A stretch of DNA of 64,000 nt from Methylococcaceae bacterium (GTDB lineage: Bacteria > Pseudomonadota > Gammaproteobacteria > Methylococcales > Methylomonadaceae): positions 55,157-119,156 of the forward strand of contig DTSI01000155.1 in assembly GCA_012965425.1 (NCBI GenBank), in the 5' to 3' direction. The translations under genes were made by a program, and so were the position numbers. Positions 39,860 to 50,790 of this stretch are shown here, piece by piece; position 1 is the first letter of the stretch, and every line of letters starts with the position of its first letter. The notes under the pieces are model-generated. The model made no database searches, was not told the origin of the DNA, and saw only the letters and a list, made by a program, of their open reading frames with translations.

Positions 39860-42670
39860 ATGGAAAAAACCTATAACCCACACACAATAGAACAGAACTG
39901 GTATCGCCACTGGGAAGAAAAAGGCTATTTTACACCCAAAGAAGGTGAAAAGGCCTACTGCATTATGATCCCCCCACCCAATGTAACTGGCAGTCTGCAT
40001 ATGGGGCACGCATTTCAAGATACCATTATGGACATCCTAACTCGATTCCATCGCATGCAAGGCGATGCGACCTTATGGCAAGTAGGAACCGATCATGCCG
40101 GTATCGCCACACAAATGGTTGTCGAGCGACTTATAGAAAGTGAAGGCAAAACGCGTTTTGATTATGGCCGCGATGCCTTTATTAAAAAAGTATGGGACTG
40201 GAAAGAACAATCCGGCGGCACTATTACCCAACAATTACGACGCATGGGCTCCTCACTAGATTGGTCAAGAGAACGCTTTACAATGGATGAAGGTCTCTCC
40301 AAGGCGGTACAGGAAGTGTTTATAACCCTTTACCACGAAGGCCTTATTTACCGAGGAAAAAGACTCGTTAACTGGGACCCCGTACTGCATACGGCTGTTT
40401 CAGATCTTGAGGTGCTGTCTGAAGAAGAAAACGGTTTTTTATGGCATATGCGCTATCCGCTCAGTAACGGTTCCGGCCATTTGGTTGTCGCCACGACCCG
40501 CCCTGAGACCATGTTGGGTGACTTCGCCGTGGCTGTTCACCCCGATGATGAACGTTACCAACACCTCATCGGAGAATTTGTTAAACTCCCACTGACTAAC
40601 CGAGAAATACCAGTCATTGCTGACAGTTATGTAGACCCTGATTTTGGTACCGGTTGTGTCAAAATCACACCCGCCCATGACTTTAATGATTATGAGGTCT
40701 GGCTACGCCACCGTGATCAAGCGACTATCCAAGCATTACCGCATGGCGGACTCATAAACCTTTTTACACCTCACGCAACTATTCGGGACAACGAAGCGAC
40801 TGAAGGTCAATTAATTCCATCCGCCTACGTGGGTCTCGACCGTTTCGAGGCACGCAAAAAAATCATCAATGATCTTGATGCCGGTAACTTACTGGAAAAA
40901 ATTGAAGACCATAAATTAATGGTGCCTCGAGGCGATAGAACCCACTCCGTTATTGAACCGCTGTTAACTGACCAATGGTATGTTAAAACACAACCCCTTG
41001 CTGAGCCCGCTATTGCCGCCGTTAAAAACGGCGATATTCGATTTGTACCTGACAACTGGAAAAACACTTATTTTGAATGGATGAATAATATTCAAGATTG
41101 GTGTATTTCAAGACAAATATGGTGGGGACATCGTATCCCAGCCTGGTACGACGACAAGGGCGCTATTTATGTGGGGCGCTCTGAAGCAGAAATTCGCCAA
41201 CAACACCAACTGTCCAATGACACCCAACTTCGACAAGACCCGGATGTTCTAGACACCTGGTTTTCATCAGCACTCTGGCCGTTTTCAACCTTAGGTTGGC
41301 CAGAAAAGACCGCTGAACTCAACAAATACTACCCTACCAGCGTTCTGGTCACTGGCTTTGACATCATTTTCTTTTGGGTCGCCAGAATGATTATGATGGG
41401 CCTCAAGTTTATGGGCGATGTGCCTTTTAAAGATGTCTATGTCCATGGCCTTGTACGCGACTCCGAAGGTCAAAAAATGTCTAAATCAAAAGGCAATGTC
41501 CTCGACCCGATTCATGTCATTGATGGCATTGACCTTGAAAGTCTGGTCAACAAACGAACAACTGACATGATGCAACCCCATCTATCAGAAAAAATAGAGC
41601 GCCTGACGCGCAAAAGTTTTCCGGACGGAATTCCGGGCTATGGAACTGATGCTTTGCGCTTTACCTTTGCCTCTATTGCCTCAACAGGACGAGATATTCG
41701 CTTAGACAGTCATCGTATAGAAGGGTATCGTAACTTCTGTAACAAACTGTGGAATGCTGCCCGTTATGTTTTAATGAATACAGAGAATCAGGATAACGGA
41801 ACGCTCAATGACGCCGTTGAACTTTCTCAAGCCGACTATTGGATAACATCACGTTTTCAACAAGTTATCACGACAACGACGGAGGCTATTGATAATTATC
41901 GCTTTGACCTTGCCGCCCAAGCCATTTATGACTTCACTTGGAATGAATATTGCGACTGGTACCTTGAATTAGCCAAAATATCCTTGCAAGACGGTAGTCC
42001 GGAACAACAACGCGGAACCCGGCAAACACTGGTAACCACACTGGAAAAACTACTTCGCCTGGCACACCCCTTTATGCCTTTTATCACTGAGGAAATATGG
42101 CAACGCGTTGCACCGCTAACCGGCAATAACGAAGATTCGATTATGTTGCAGTCTTATCCGAAAGCCAACAGCCAACTCATCAGCGATAGCGCCATTAAAG
42201 AAATCAATTGGGTCATGAATTTTATCCTGGGGGTACGCCGTATTCGCGGCGAAATGAATATCGCTCCCGGCAAAAAACTTAACGTCCTATTACAACAAGG
42301 CACACCCGAAGACCGTGATTTAAAAATAAAGACACAGCATTTCTTAATAAAACTGGGACGCCTTGAATCAATCACCTGGCTAGATGATACTGAGACCCCC
42401 CCAGAATCAGCCATTGCTTTAGTCGGTACTTTACAGATATTAATACCCATGTCGGGGCTAATCGATAAAGCCGCAGAAATAAGCCGCCTTGAAAAAGAAA
42501 TTTTGAAAGTATCGAAGGAACTCCCTCGAATTGAAGGAAAATTAAAGAACCCAAACTTTATCGCACGTGCCCCCCAAGCAGTCATTGACAAAGAAAAGGA
42601 AAAGCTAACCGATTTGAGCCTATCCCTCTCTCAATTAAATGCACAACTGCAAAAAATTACACAGCTTTAA
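39860..42670 (+). CDS. valS: valine--tRNA ligase
   Basis: 936 aa. HIGH ([14 protein letters not shown]), KMSKS, and a C-terminal coiled coil. Confidence 0.97.
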   Translation: MEKTYNPHTIEQNWYRHWEEKGYFTPKEGEKAYCIMIPPPNVTGSLHMGHAFQDTIMDILTRFHRMQGDATLWQVGTDHAGIATQMVVERLIESEGKTRFDYGRDAFIKKVWDWKEQSGGTITQQLRRMGSSLDWSRERFTMDEGLSKAVQEVFITLYHEGLIYRGKRLVNWDPVLHTAVSDLEVLSEEENGFLWHMRYPLSNGSGHLVVATTRPETMLGDFAVAVHPDDERYQHLIGEFVKLPLTNREIPVIADSYVDPDFGTGCVKITPAHDFNDYEVWLRHRDQATIQALPHGGLINLFTPHATIRDNEATEGQLIPSAYVGLDRFEARKKIINDLDAGNLLEKIEDHKLMVPRGDRTHSVIEPLLTDQWYVKTQPLAEPAIAAVKNGDIRFVPDNWKNTYFEWMNNIQDWCISRQIWWGHRIPAWYDDKGAIYVGRSEAEIRQQHQLSNDTQLRQDPDVLDTWFSSALWPFSTLGWPEKTAELNKYYPTSVLVTGFDIIFFWVARMIMMGLKFMGDVPFKDVYVHGLVRDSEGQKMSKSKGNVLDPIHVIDGIDLESLVNKRTTDMMQPHLSEKIERLTRKSFPDGIPGYGTDALRFTFASIASTGRDIRLDSHRIEGYRNFCNKLWNAARYVLMNTENQDNGTLNDAVELSQADYWITSRFQQVITTTTEAIDNYRFDLAAQAIYDFTWNEYCDWYLELAKISLQDGSPEQQRGTRQTLVTTLEKLLRLAHPFMPFITEEIWQRVAPLTGNNEDSIMLQSYPKANSQLISDSAIKEINWVMNFILGVRRIRGEMNIAPGKKLNVLLQQGTPEDRDLKIKTQHFLIKLGRLESITWLDDTETPPESAIALVGTLQILIPMSGLIDKAAEISRLEKEILKVSKELPRIEGKLKNPNFIARAPQAVIDKEKEKLTDLSLSLSQLNAQLQKITQL

Positions 42671-42759
42671 TCCGCACGCTTAATTAACGAATTTCAAGTA
42701 AATATTAGACAACGTTACTATTTCTTCTATCTTTAGCAAGATAGGAAGGAATAGTAACC

Positions 42760-44475
42760 GTGGACTCCCAAACTGCACCCAAAATAACATTCGGACTCGT
42801 TAAAACCCTTATTAACAGAGGATTGATCAATGAAACAGATACGCCCGAACTTATCAGCCAAGCTAAAAAAGAGAAAACCTCAGTACTCAGTTATATTCTG
42901 AGCCGACAACTCGTTGACAATTATAGTATAGCGATGATTGCCGTTGAAGAATTCGGCCTATCCTATTTAGATCTTGATGTCATCGATATACACCAATTAC
43001 CGCTCTCAGAATTAACTGATTCATTAATTCGAGAGCATCAGGTTCTACCGTTATTTAAGCGCAATAACACCTTATTTATTGCTTTATCTGATCCAACGAA
43101 CAACCACACTCTCAATCAAATAAAATTTCACACGCGCCAACAAACTGAAATTATTATTGTTGAAGACAATAAACTCAATATTACGATTCAGCTCTGCCTT
43201 GATGCCCAAGAAACAACCATAGCTGATATTCTCGATGAGAATATCAGCATTATAGAAGAGGACGAACCACTTCCTACACAACAAGATCAAATCGATAACG
43301 CTTCTGAGGTTGATGATGCACCTATCGTTCGATTCGTTAAGCAAATCCTGATAGATGCCATAAAAAAAGGCGCCTCTGATATTCATGTAGAGCCCTACGA
43401 ACATTTCTTCAGAATCCGATTCCGAGCGGATGGTGTTTTACAAGAAATAGCCACGCCACCTAGCAACATGGCCAAGCGAATAATTTCACGCATAAAAGTC
43501 ATGGCGAAAATGGACATTGCCGTACGACGCATTCCTCAAGACGGCCGGATAAAAATTAAATTTTCAAAAGATAAATTTATCGACTTCCGTGTTAACACTT
43601 GCCCGACCTTATATGGCGAAAAAGTGGTACTCCGAATCTTAGATCCCACTACTGCTACGTTAGGCATTGAAGCTCTAGGCTTCGAAAATGACCAAATGAA
43701 ATCCTTCGTTAATGCGATCAACCAACCCTATGGATTAATCCTTATTACCGGCCCAACAGGTAGCGGTAAAACGGTCACACTTTATACAGCACTCAATATC
43801 TTAAATTCGCCACAGCTCAATATATCAACCGCCGAAGACCCTGTTGAAATAACACTCCCGGGCATTAATCAAGTCAACATGAACCCTAAGGCGGGTGTTA
43901 ACTTCTCAACGACACTACGCGCGTTTCTGCGACAAGACCCCGATGTCATTATGGTGGGTGAAATCAGAGACCAAGAAACCGCTGAAATATCGGTCAAAGC
44001 CGCTCAAACCGGCCATCTGGTTCTCTCAACTCTGCATACTAACGATGCACCGCAAACATTAAGTCGCCTTACTCAAATGGGCATTCCGCCTTACAATATT
44101 ATTTCATCAATACAATTAATTATTGCCCAACGCCTGGTTCGTAAATTATGTGACTCTTGCAAACAAGAAGAAAAACTACCTGATCAAACCTTACTGAATG
44201 CAGGTTTTAATCAAGAATCACTTAAAAAGCTAACACTCTTTGCTCCACAAGGCTGTGAACATTGTCATAACGGTTACCTTGGCCGCATAGGAATCTATCA
44301 AGTTATGCCTATCAGTCCTGCAATGCAGCAACTTATTTTAGCTAACTGCAATTCCAGTCAACTCGAAACACAATGTCAATCAGAAAATATTTTGAATTTA
44401 AGACAATCTGCACTTAAAAAAGTAAGTGCCGGCATCACCAGTCTTGAAGAAATCAACAGAGTCACTCGAGGCTAA
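42760..44475 (+). CDS. pilB: type IV pilus assembly ATPase PilB
   Basis: 571 aa with a GTG start. GspE-N domain, Walker A GPTGSGKT, and a tetracysteine motif (CDSC...CEHC). Confidence 0.9.
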   Translation: MDSQTAPKITFGLVKTLINRGLINETDTPELISQAKKEKTSVLSYILSRQLVDNYSIAMIAVEEFGLSYLDLDVIDIHQLPLSELTDSLIREHQVLPLFKRNNTLFIALSDPTNNHTLNQIKFHTRQQTEIIIVEDNKLNITIQLCLDAQETTIADILDENISIIEEDEPLPTQQDQIDNASEVDDAPIVRFVKQILIDAIKKGASDIHVEPYEHFFRIRFRADGVLQEIATPPSNMAKRIISRIKVMAKMDIAVRRIPQDGRIKIKFSKDKFIDFRVNTCPTLYGEKVVLRILDPTTATLGIEALGFENDQMKSFVNAINQPYGLILITGPTGSGKTVTLYTALNILNSPQLNISTAEDPVEITLPGINQVNMNPKAGVNFSTTLRAFLRQDPDVIMVGEIRDQETAEISVKAAQTGHLVLSTLHTNDAPQTLSRLTQMGIPPYNIISSIQLIIAQRLVRKLCDSCKQEEKLPDQTLLNAGFNQESLKKLTLFAPQGCEHCHNGYLGRIGIYQVMPISPAMQQLILANCNSSQLETQCQSENILNLRQSALKKVSAGITSLEEINRVTRG

Positions 44476-44479
44476 ACTT

Positions 44480-45700
44480 ATGAGTAAAAACGACACTCCC
44501 ATAGAATATAGCTGGCGCGGTATTAACACCGCAACAGGGCAACCCACAAAAGGTACTCTTAGCAGTCAGAATATAACCACGGCTCAGACTGAAATTCGTC
44601 GCCAAGGTATTCGAATTATCCGCATTAAACCCAAATCGAAATCATTTCTATCCACCCGGCAAAAGAAAATCACCAGCAAAGATATAGCCATTCTTAGTCG
44701 ACAATTAGCCACCATGCTAGAAGCCGGCGTGCCATTGGTTCAGGCTTTGGAAATTACCGGTCATGGTCATGATAATGAAAGGATGAAAATCTTACTGCTC
44801 GATATAAAAAAAGACATCGAAAATGGCTTGTCGTTTACTGAAGCCCTTAAAAAACGACCTGATTATTTTGATGATCTCTTCTGCAGCCTAGTTCAGGCTG
44901 GTGAGCACGCCGGTGTTTTAGAAATATTGCTTGCTAAAATTGCAACTTACAAAGAAAAAACCGAATCACTTAAAGCAAAAATCAAAAAAGCACTGACTTA
45001 TCCTATCGCTGTACTTATCGTCGCCGTGCTAGTCACCGCAATTTTATTACTTTTTGTCGTGCCGGTCTTTGAAGAACTTTTTCAAGACTTTGGCGCTGAT
45101 CTTCCGCTTTTCACACGCTTAGTCATTGACCTATCCGACTGGTTACAAGCATTTTGGTGGGTTGTATTAGGAGTGTTGGCGGCAATTATAATGATTGTCC
45201 GTTTTTTTCATAAACGCTCGCCCAATTTCCGACATACCCTTGATAAAATTTACTTACTTATTCCCGTGATTGGACCCATTCTGCGTAAAGCAGCTATCGC
45301 TCGCTTTGCCCGAACACTATCAACGCTGTCAACAGCCGGCGTACCCTTGGTCGATGCCTTAACCTCGGTCTCTGGTGCGACAGGAAACCACGTTTATAGT
45401 CAACAAGTTCTTGTTATTCGAGATAAAGTCTCAACAGGGCAACAACTACAACTCAGTATGCAACAAACTGAAGTTTTTCCCTTTCTTATTATTCAAATGG
45501 TTGCTATTGGTGAGGAGTCAGGCGCTATGGATACGATGCTCAGCAAGGTTGCCGATTTTTATGAAGAAGACATTGATAATGCCGTTGATAACCTAAGCGA
45601 TTTACTCGAACCTTTAATTATGGTTATTCTAGGAGGCCTAGTGGGTAGCCTAGTGGTTGCCATGTATCTGCCCATCTTTAAATTAGGATCCGTCATCTAA
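44480..45700 (+). CDS. pilC: type IV pilus inner-membrane platform protein PilC
   Basis: GspF-family duplicated domain (LATMLEAGVPLVQAL / LSTLSTAGVPLVDAL). ATG 44480 lies 5 nt after the pilB stop. Confidence 0.9.
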   Translation: MSKNDTPIEYSWRGINTATGQPTKGTLSSQNITTAQTEIRRQGIRIIRIKPKSKSFLSTRQKKITSKDIAILSRQLATMLEAGVPLVQALEITGHGHDNERMKILLLDIKKDIENGLSFTEALKKRPDYFDDLFCSLVQAGEHAGVLEILLAKIATYKEKTESLKAKIKKALTYPIAVLIVAVLVTAILLLFVVPVFEELFQDFGADLPLFTRLVIDLSDWLQAFWWVVLGVLAAIIMIVRFFHKRSPNFRHTLDKIYLLIPVIGPILRKAAIARFARTLSTLSTAGVPLVDALTSVSGATGNHVYSQQVLVIRDKVSTGQQLQLSMQQTEVFPFLIIQMVAIGEESGAMDTMLSKVADFYEEDIDNAVDNLSDLLEPLIMVILGGLVGSLVVAMYLPIFKLGSVI

Positions 45701-45819
45701 ACGTCGGATCAGTTCCCCACTCACACTATTTTTTATCCTGACAAGCGCCCTAAACGTTATAATATAAATTGGACAAAAAAAATCTTTTTTTATTATATCG
45801 ATCATTCAAATAATAATTT

Positions 45820-46425
45820 ATGCTGAAAATTGGACTCACCGGCGGCATTGGTAGCGGCAAAAGCACCGCCGCAAATCATTTTGAGTCACTAGGAGTTCCC
45901 ATTATTGATGCCGATAAAATAGCGCACCAACTCACACAACCTGGACAACCAGCTCTTCAAGAAATTGCCGTACACTTTAGTTCCTGTATCGACAACCAAG
46001 GACATTTGCTCCGAGCTAAACTACGCGAACAAGTCTTCTCGAACCACACTCAAAAACAACTGCTTGAAAACATTCTTCACCCGTTAATTCATCACGAAAT
46101 ATTTACTTCAATCCAGCAATTAACATGTGACTATGTTTTACTCTGCATCCCATTACTCGTTGAAAAAAAGTTATGTAACTGGGTTGATAGAACGCTCGTG
46201 ATAGACTGTCCAGAGGCACTTCAGATTCTTCGCATTAAAAAGAGAAACGGTCTACCGACTGATCAAATTAAAAACATTCTCAATTGTCAAGCTTCACGAA
46301 AATCGCGCTTAACTGTTGCTAATGATATAATCACCAATAATGGCAGCACTCAAGAACTTGCCGAATCAGTGAAAAAACTGCACAATTTCTACCAATCCTT
46401 ATGTCAATTACCTGCCGATCAATAG
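45820..46425 (+). CDS. coaE: dephospho-CoA kinase
   Basis: 201 aa. P-loop motif GLTGGIGSGKST. Confidence 0.9.
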   Translation: MLKIGLTGGIGSGKSTAANHFESLGVPIIDADKIAHQLTQPGQPALQEIAVHFSSCIDNQGHLLRAKLREQVFSNHTQKQLLENILHPLIHHEIFTSIQQLTCDYVLLCIPLLVEKKLCNWVDRTLVIDCPEALQILRIKKRNGLPTDQIKNILNCQASRKSRLTVANDIITNNGSTQELAESVKKLHNFYQSLCQLPADQ

Positions 46426-46428
46426 TCC

Positions 46429-47202
46429 GTGAATAATTTCCTAGCCTACGAATTTCCCCTCAAAGAACGCATTCGACTCTTTATGCGCTTGGAACACCTT
46501 TTTCAACAATTCGATCATTGTTTACAAGGGACAACTGTTTGGGATAAACGCGCTGCCATTGACGCTCTTCATTCAATCATTACTTTATTTGCACGTAATG
46601 ATATTAAATCAGCTATTTTGAAAGAATTAGAGCGCCATACCTCAATCTTAACTATGATTTCAAAGAATGAAGATATTGACGATTCCAAACTTCAATCTAT
46701 ATTGCAAGAATTACAAGCAGTCAGTCAATCACTCTACCAGTGTAATGGAAAAATAGGCATCGCCATCATTGAAGGGAATGAATTACTAAAAAACGTTACC
46801 CAGCGAACCTCAATTCCCGGCGGCAGTTGCTCTTTTGATTTACCTGGTTTTCATTATTGGCTAGAACAAGCCCCCCCTCAACAACGCAATGACCTTGAAA
46901 AATGGTCTGCATCATTTTCTGACATTCGTCATGCCATTGAACTCGTTCTAAGATTTATTCGCCAAAGTAGTTCACCCTCACAGGAAATAGCACAAACGGG
47001 CTTCTTTCAAGATAACCTAGACCCATCATCTTCCTACCAACTCATTCAAATACGTATCGACAAAACTATTCCTTGTTATGCCGAAATCAGTGGTGGGAAG
47101 CATCGTTTCTCCATTCGTTTTATGATGCCGTCTAAAGAAGGCGGAAGACCGACTCAAACGCAATCCGACATTCCTTTTGAAATCACTCGCTGTTTATTAT
47201 AA
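46429..47202 (+). CDS. zapD: cell division protein ZapD
   Basis: 257 aa with a GTG start. YEFPLKERIRLFMRLEHLFQQF ~ E. coli [22 protein letters not shown]. Lies downstream of coaE, as in enterics. Confidence 0.85.
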   Translation: MNNFLAYEFPLKERIRLFMRLEHLFQQFDHCLQGTTVWDKRAAIDALHSIITLFARNDIKSAILKELERHTSILTMISKNEDIDDSKLQSILQELQAVSQSLYQCNGKIGIAIIEGNELLKNVTQRTSIPGGSCSFDLPGFHYWLEQAPPQQRNDLEKWSASFSDIRHAIELVLRFIRQSSSPSQEIAQTGFFQDNLDPSSSYQLIQIRIDKTIPCYAEISGGKHRFSIRFMMPSKEGGRPTQTQSDIPFEITRCLL

Positions 47203-47228
47203 ATACTGATTTAAACAAAAAAGACGAA

Positions 47229-48161
47229 CTAAGATAAAAAAGTACTAATTCCAGCTATACCCTGACCACCGTTTTCATATGTTAAGGACAAATCTGAAGC
47301 CATCATTCCACCCAACGCATAAACAGGGATATTAACTTGAGTGACTAATTTCTGGAAACGCTCCCAACCCAAGGGTTTAGCATCAGGATGGGTCGTTGTT
47401 CTTTTAACCGGAGCCAACACAACAAAATCCACTCCGATAGCCTCAGCATGTTGCAATTCACTGTAGCTATGACAGGATGCACCCACCCATCCAGTGACTT
47501 TAGGACGCTGATTAATTGCCATTAAGTCCTTACCTGTCAGGTGTATGTTAACCACTAAAGCATCACCCACACAAAGATCAGAATTCACCATCAATATGAC
47601 CTGATTTTCTTTACAAACAGGCGTGGCAAATTCAAGCATTTTTTGCAGATCAGCCGTAGATAATAATTTCGTTCGCAGTTGAATGAGTTTAACGTTATTT
47701 TCAACAAAACGAATAAGTGTTCTTTGAAGTGCAAAAAGGTTGTCATCAGCAATTATCGCGTAGCGACTCGGCAACTGAACCGCGTTAACAATAGCCCTAT
47801 TAGCCGCTGGGAATGAATAGCTTGTTAGCCTGTCAACAGGCACCCAACGAATAACTTGACCTTCATTGGAACAGACAGAACCGACAAATTCATCAATTTT
47901 CCAAACCCATAATTTTACCTGTAAATCTGAATATTGGTGGTTGATACAAATTAATCGCCTTGCACGCTTTACTGTCAAACCTAACTCTTCCTTAAGTTCT
48001 CGAACTACAGCGGCCTTATCGGTTTCCCCAGCCTCCAACTTACCGCCGGGAAATTCCCACCGGTTGCCCTGATGAACCGACTCAGGTCGATAAGCAATCA
48101 GAATTTCACCCTGAGCATTACTCACAACACCCACGGCTATCTGCAACGCCCCTCTAGACAC
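47229..48161 (-). CDS. Nudix (MutT-like) hydrolase fused to a thiamine-phosphate-synthase-like (TMP-TENI) domain
   Basis: 310 aa. Nudix box GNRWEFPGGKLEAGETDKAAVVRELKEELGL. The C-terminal TIM-barrel-like half carries YALGG...GIAGIS. Confidence 0.8.
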   Translation of the reverse strand: MSRGALQIAVGVVSNAQGEILIAYRPESVHQGNRWEFPGGKLEAGETDKAAVVRELKEELGLTVKRARRLICINHQYSDLQVKLWVWKIDEFVGSVCSNEGQVIRWVPVDRLTSYSFPAANRAIVNAVQLPSRYAIIADDNLFALQRTLIRFVENNVKLIQLRTKLLSTADLQKMLEFATPVCKENQVILMVNSDLCVGDALVVNIHLTGKDLMAINQRPKVTGWVGASCHSYSELQHAEAIGVDFVVLAPVKRTTTHPDAKPLGWERFQKLVTQVNIPVYALGGMMASDLSLTYENGGQGIAGISTFLS

Positions 48162-48163
48162 AT

Positions 48164-49378
48164 TTAAGTCCGGTATTCCGCATTGATACGAACATAATCA
48201 TAAGATAGATCACACGTTTTAATAGTCTGACGCGCATCACCCCGTCCTAAACAAACTGTAATCGTTATCTCTTCAGCATCCATAACCTTTTGACCGGCCG
48301 CTTCAGTATATTGACTATCTTTAGCACCCAAACTAACGATACAAACATCACCCAGAAAAATGAAGACCTTATCTAATTCAAGGTTTTCAATACCTGCCCG
48401 ACCGACCGCTGCCAATATTCGCCCCCAATTAGGATCACTGGCAAAGAAAGCTGTTTTAACTAAAGGTGAATGCGCAATCGTTTTACCAACCTGTACCGCT
48501 TCTTGGTCACTAATGGCTTGACTAACAACGATTGATATTAACTTTGTTGCCCCTTCACCGTCTCTCACAATCGCTTCAGCCAATTCAGCAAAAACCTCAT
48601 TAATAACCTCACAAAACTGTTGGTAAGGTTCGCTTCCTGCTAACAACTCAGGCACACCGGAATAACCACTTGCCATTAATACGCAGGCGTCATTCGTAGA
48701 GGTATCACCATCGACGGTAATACGATTAAAAGACTGTTCAACGGCTTGTTTTAAACACTGTTGCAACAATTCATTTTCAATCTTAGCATCGGTAGCAACA
48801 AATGATAACATGGTCGCCATATTAGGCTGTATCATTCCTGCCCCTTTCGAAATCCCGGTCACTGTGATTTTATCCCCAGCAATCTCAACCACTTTTGATA
48901 CGCCCTTAGGAAACGTATCTGTGGTCATAATCGCCTCAGCAGCCTTCGCCCAGTTTCCCTCTATCAGATTATTAACTGCTTCGGGTAAGGCCTGAGTTAT
49001 CTTTTCGACCGGTAACAATTCACCAATAACCCCAGTAGAAAAAGGTAAAACCTGGTCAGCATGCCCCCCGAGTATCTGAGACAATGCCAAACAAACGGAT
49101 TGTGCATCCTGATAACCTTGAGCCCCTGTGCCAGCATTCGCATTACCGGAATTAATAACCAACCAACGCGGGCTTTCAGACATATTCTGCTTGGCTAATA
49201 CAACGGGTGCCGCACAAAATAAATTCTGCGTAAAAACCGCACTACATGTGGAACCAGAATCCATCGCAATAACCAATAAATCATCCCGTGCACTCTGTTT
49301 AATTTGCGCACAATGGGTGCCTAATAACACACCACTGACCGGATGCATTATTGGAAACTTTGGTGCTCCTACTGACAT
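48164..49378 (-). CDS. argJ: bifunctional glutamate N-acetyltransferase / amino-acid acetyltransferase
   Basis: 404 aa. Autoproteolytic site motif PNMATMLSFVATDA. Confidence 0.95.
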   Translation of the reverse strand: MSVGAPKFPIMHPVSGVLLGTHCAQIKQSARDDLLVIAMDSGSTCSAVFTQNLFCAAPVVLAKQNMSESPRWLVINSGNANAGTGAQGYQDAQSVCLALSQILGGHADQVLPFSTGVIGELLPVEKITQALPEAVNNLIEGNWAKAAEAIMTTDTFPKGVSKVVEIAGDKITVTGISKGAGMIQPNMATMLSFVATDAKIENELLQQCLKQAVEQSFNRITVDGDTSTNDACVLMASGYSGVPELLAGSEPYQQFCEVINEVFAELAEAIVRDGEGATKLISIVVSQAISDQEAVQVGKTIAHSPLVKTAFFASDPNWGRILAAVGRAGIENLELDKVFIFLGDVCIVSLGAKDSQYTEAAGQKVMDAEEITITVCLGRGDARQTIKTCDLSYDYVRINAEYRT

Positions 49379-49417
49379 GACTTACATCCTATTATTTTAA
49401 TTACCTTTATTGTCTTT

Positions 49418-50554
49418 TTATCGATAAAAAAGAATCCGTGTGTCTCGAACCGACGCTATTTCCTGCGTTATCTTTTCACACTGTTTTTTACAATTATCAA
49501 CGACCAAGTCGTGCTCAAGGGGTGATAACAAAAAAATCACTTCCAGTTCCACGGAACCATTAAGATAATGAATTTTAATTTCATCCACTAAACTATAGTA
49601 ATCGCCCAAACAATCTCGGACGTCATTGATTAATTCTTTTCTTGACGGTGGCCAATAATCAATCGATTCCTTTTCCTCATCATTTTCAGGGTCAGTATGC
49701 ACTAGGACATCGGCGATATTCCTAAATTGCACCAACAATTGATTACGTACCGTATCCGCAATCATATGCCCTTCAGAAACGCTGATATACGAATCAACCT
49801 GAATATGGAGATCAACATAAATATCTTCACCCATACGGCGAGTCCGTAATAAATGAATATTAATCACCCCATCAATAACTGAAATTGCTTGGCGCAAAGC
49901 TTCAATTTCATCATCTGGAATAGCGGTATCCACTAATTCTTTTAAGCTATCCACCATTAATGACACACCAATCTTAGCAATCATTAGGCTGACCAATACC
50001 GCGGCAATCGCATCGGCATAGCCATAACCTAAAAACATGGCGGCTATGCCGACCAAGACTATAATAGATGAAATAGCATCACTACGATGATGCCAGGCAT
50101 TTGCCAGGAGTAATTTAGAGCGGGTTTTTTTTGCAACCTTTTGCGTAAAATGAAACAACCATTCATTACAAGCAATGGATATACCAGCGATACACAATGT
50201 TAATTGGTCAGGAACAAGCAACTCACCAACACCCAAAATACGATTGACCGCATCCCAGGCAATCCCTATTGCAACAACAATTAATCCAAGGCCAAGAGCA
50301 ACAGTAGCTAGCGTTTCAAACCGAGCATGTCCGTAGGGATGGTCTTGATCCGGTTGTTTGCTACCCAATTTAACAGCCACTAAGACAACGGCATCACTCA
50401 TTAAATCCGCCATAGAATGAATGCCATCAGCAATCAATGCAGACGATTGTCCAAGCACACCAGCGGTCACTTTGACGACTGATAAAAAAAGATTAACCAA
50501 TGCTGCAACAAGCGTTGCATGAGATTTCAAACGAACAACTTCACTTTCTTCCAT
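49418..50554 (-). CDS. cation diffusion facilitator (CDF) family metal transporter with extended C-terminal region
   Basis: 378 aa. TM2 motif ADGIHSMADL and TM5 motif HHRSDAISS. A cytoplasmic domain is followed by about 80 extra residues. Confidence 0.85.
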   Translation of the reverse strand: MEESEVVRLKSHATLVAALVNLFLSVVKVTAGVLGQSSALIADGIHSMADLMSDAVVLVAVKLGSKQPDQDHPYGHARFETLATVALGLGLIVVAIGIAWDAVNRILGVGELLVPDQLTLCIAGISIACNEWLFHFTQKVAKKTRSKLLLANAWHHRSDAISSIIVLVGIAAMFLGYGYADAIAAVLVSLMIAKIGVSLMVDSLKELVDTAIPDDEIEALRQAISVIDGVINIHLLRTRRMGEDIYVDLHIQVDSYISVSEGHMIADTVRNQLLVQFRNIADVLVHTDPENDEEKESIDYWPPSRKELINDVRDCLGDYYSLVDEIKIHYLNGSVELEVIFLLSPLEHDLVVDNCKKQCEKITQEIASVRDTRILFYR

Positions 50555-50562
50555 AACTGGAA

Positions 50563-50790
50563 TTAGTCACCCACGATAATATTAATCGTAAATTCACCGA
50601 CGTCACTACTCGCTGATAAAATCTGATGCCCATTAATACGGCACCAAGCGGGAATGTCTTGCATCACACCCGGATCAGTACAGACCACTTCTAATTGCCC
50701 CCCCGGAATCATCGTTTTTATTTTATCCTGCACCCGTATCACCGGCATCGGACAAAGTAAACGTCGGGCATCTAAAAATTGCTTATTCAT
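50563..50790 (-). CDS. TusA-family sulfur carrier protein
   Basis: 75 aa from ATG 50790. Active-site motif LDARRLLCPMPVIRV, comparable to E. coli TusA LDALGLRCPEPVMMV. The ATG overlaps the TGA of the upstream gene (ATGA at 50787-50790). Confidence 0.85.
   Translation of the reverse strand: MNKQFLDARRLLCPMPVIRVQDKIKTMIPGGQLEVVCTDPGVMQDIPAWCRINGHQILSASSDVGEFTINIIVGD

Noticed and set aside
39815-40018. 67-aa minus-strand ORF across the valS start
   Set aside because: It overlaps the conserved ValS N-terminus (including the region before HIGH) on the opposite strand, and it has no expression signals.
42154-42591. 145-aa ORF antisense to the valS C-terminal coiled-coil region
   Set aside because: It is the mirror frame of a Lys/Glu-rich coiled coil, which gives a long open Phe/Ser-rich frame. 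There is no independent expression signal.
43084-43404. 106-aa ORF antisense within pilB, and the 106-aa ORF at 58749-59069 antisense within metH
   Set aside because: Both lie fully inside strongly supported genes. They have no ribosome-binding sites and no recognisable domains.
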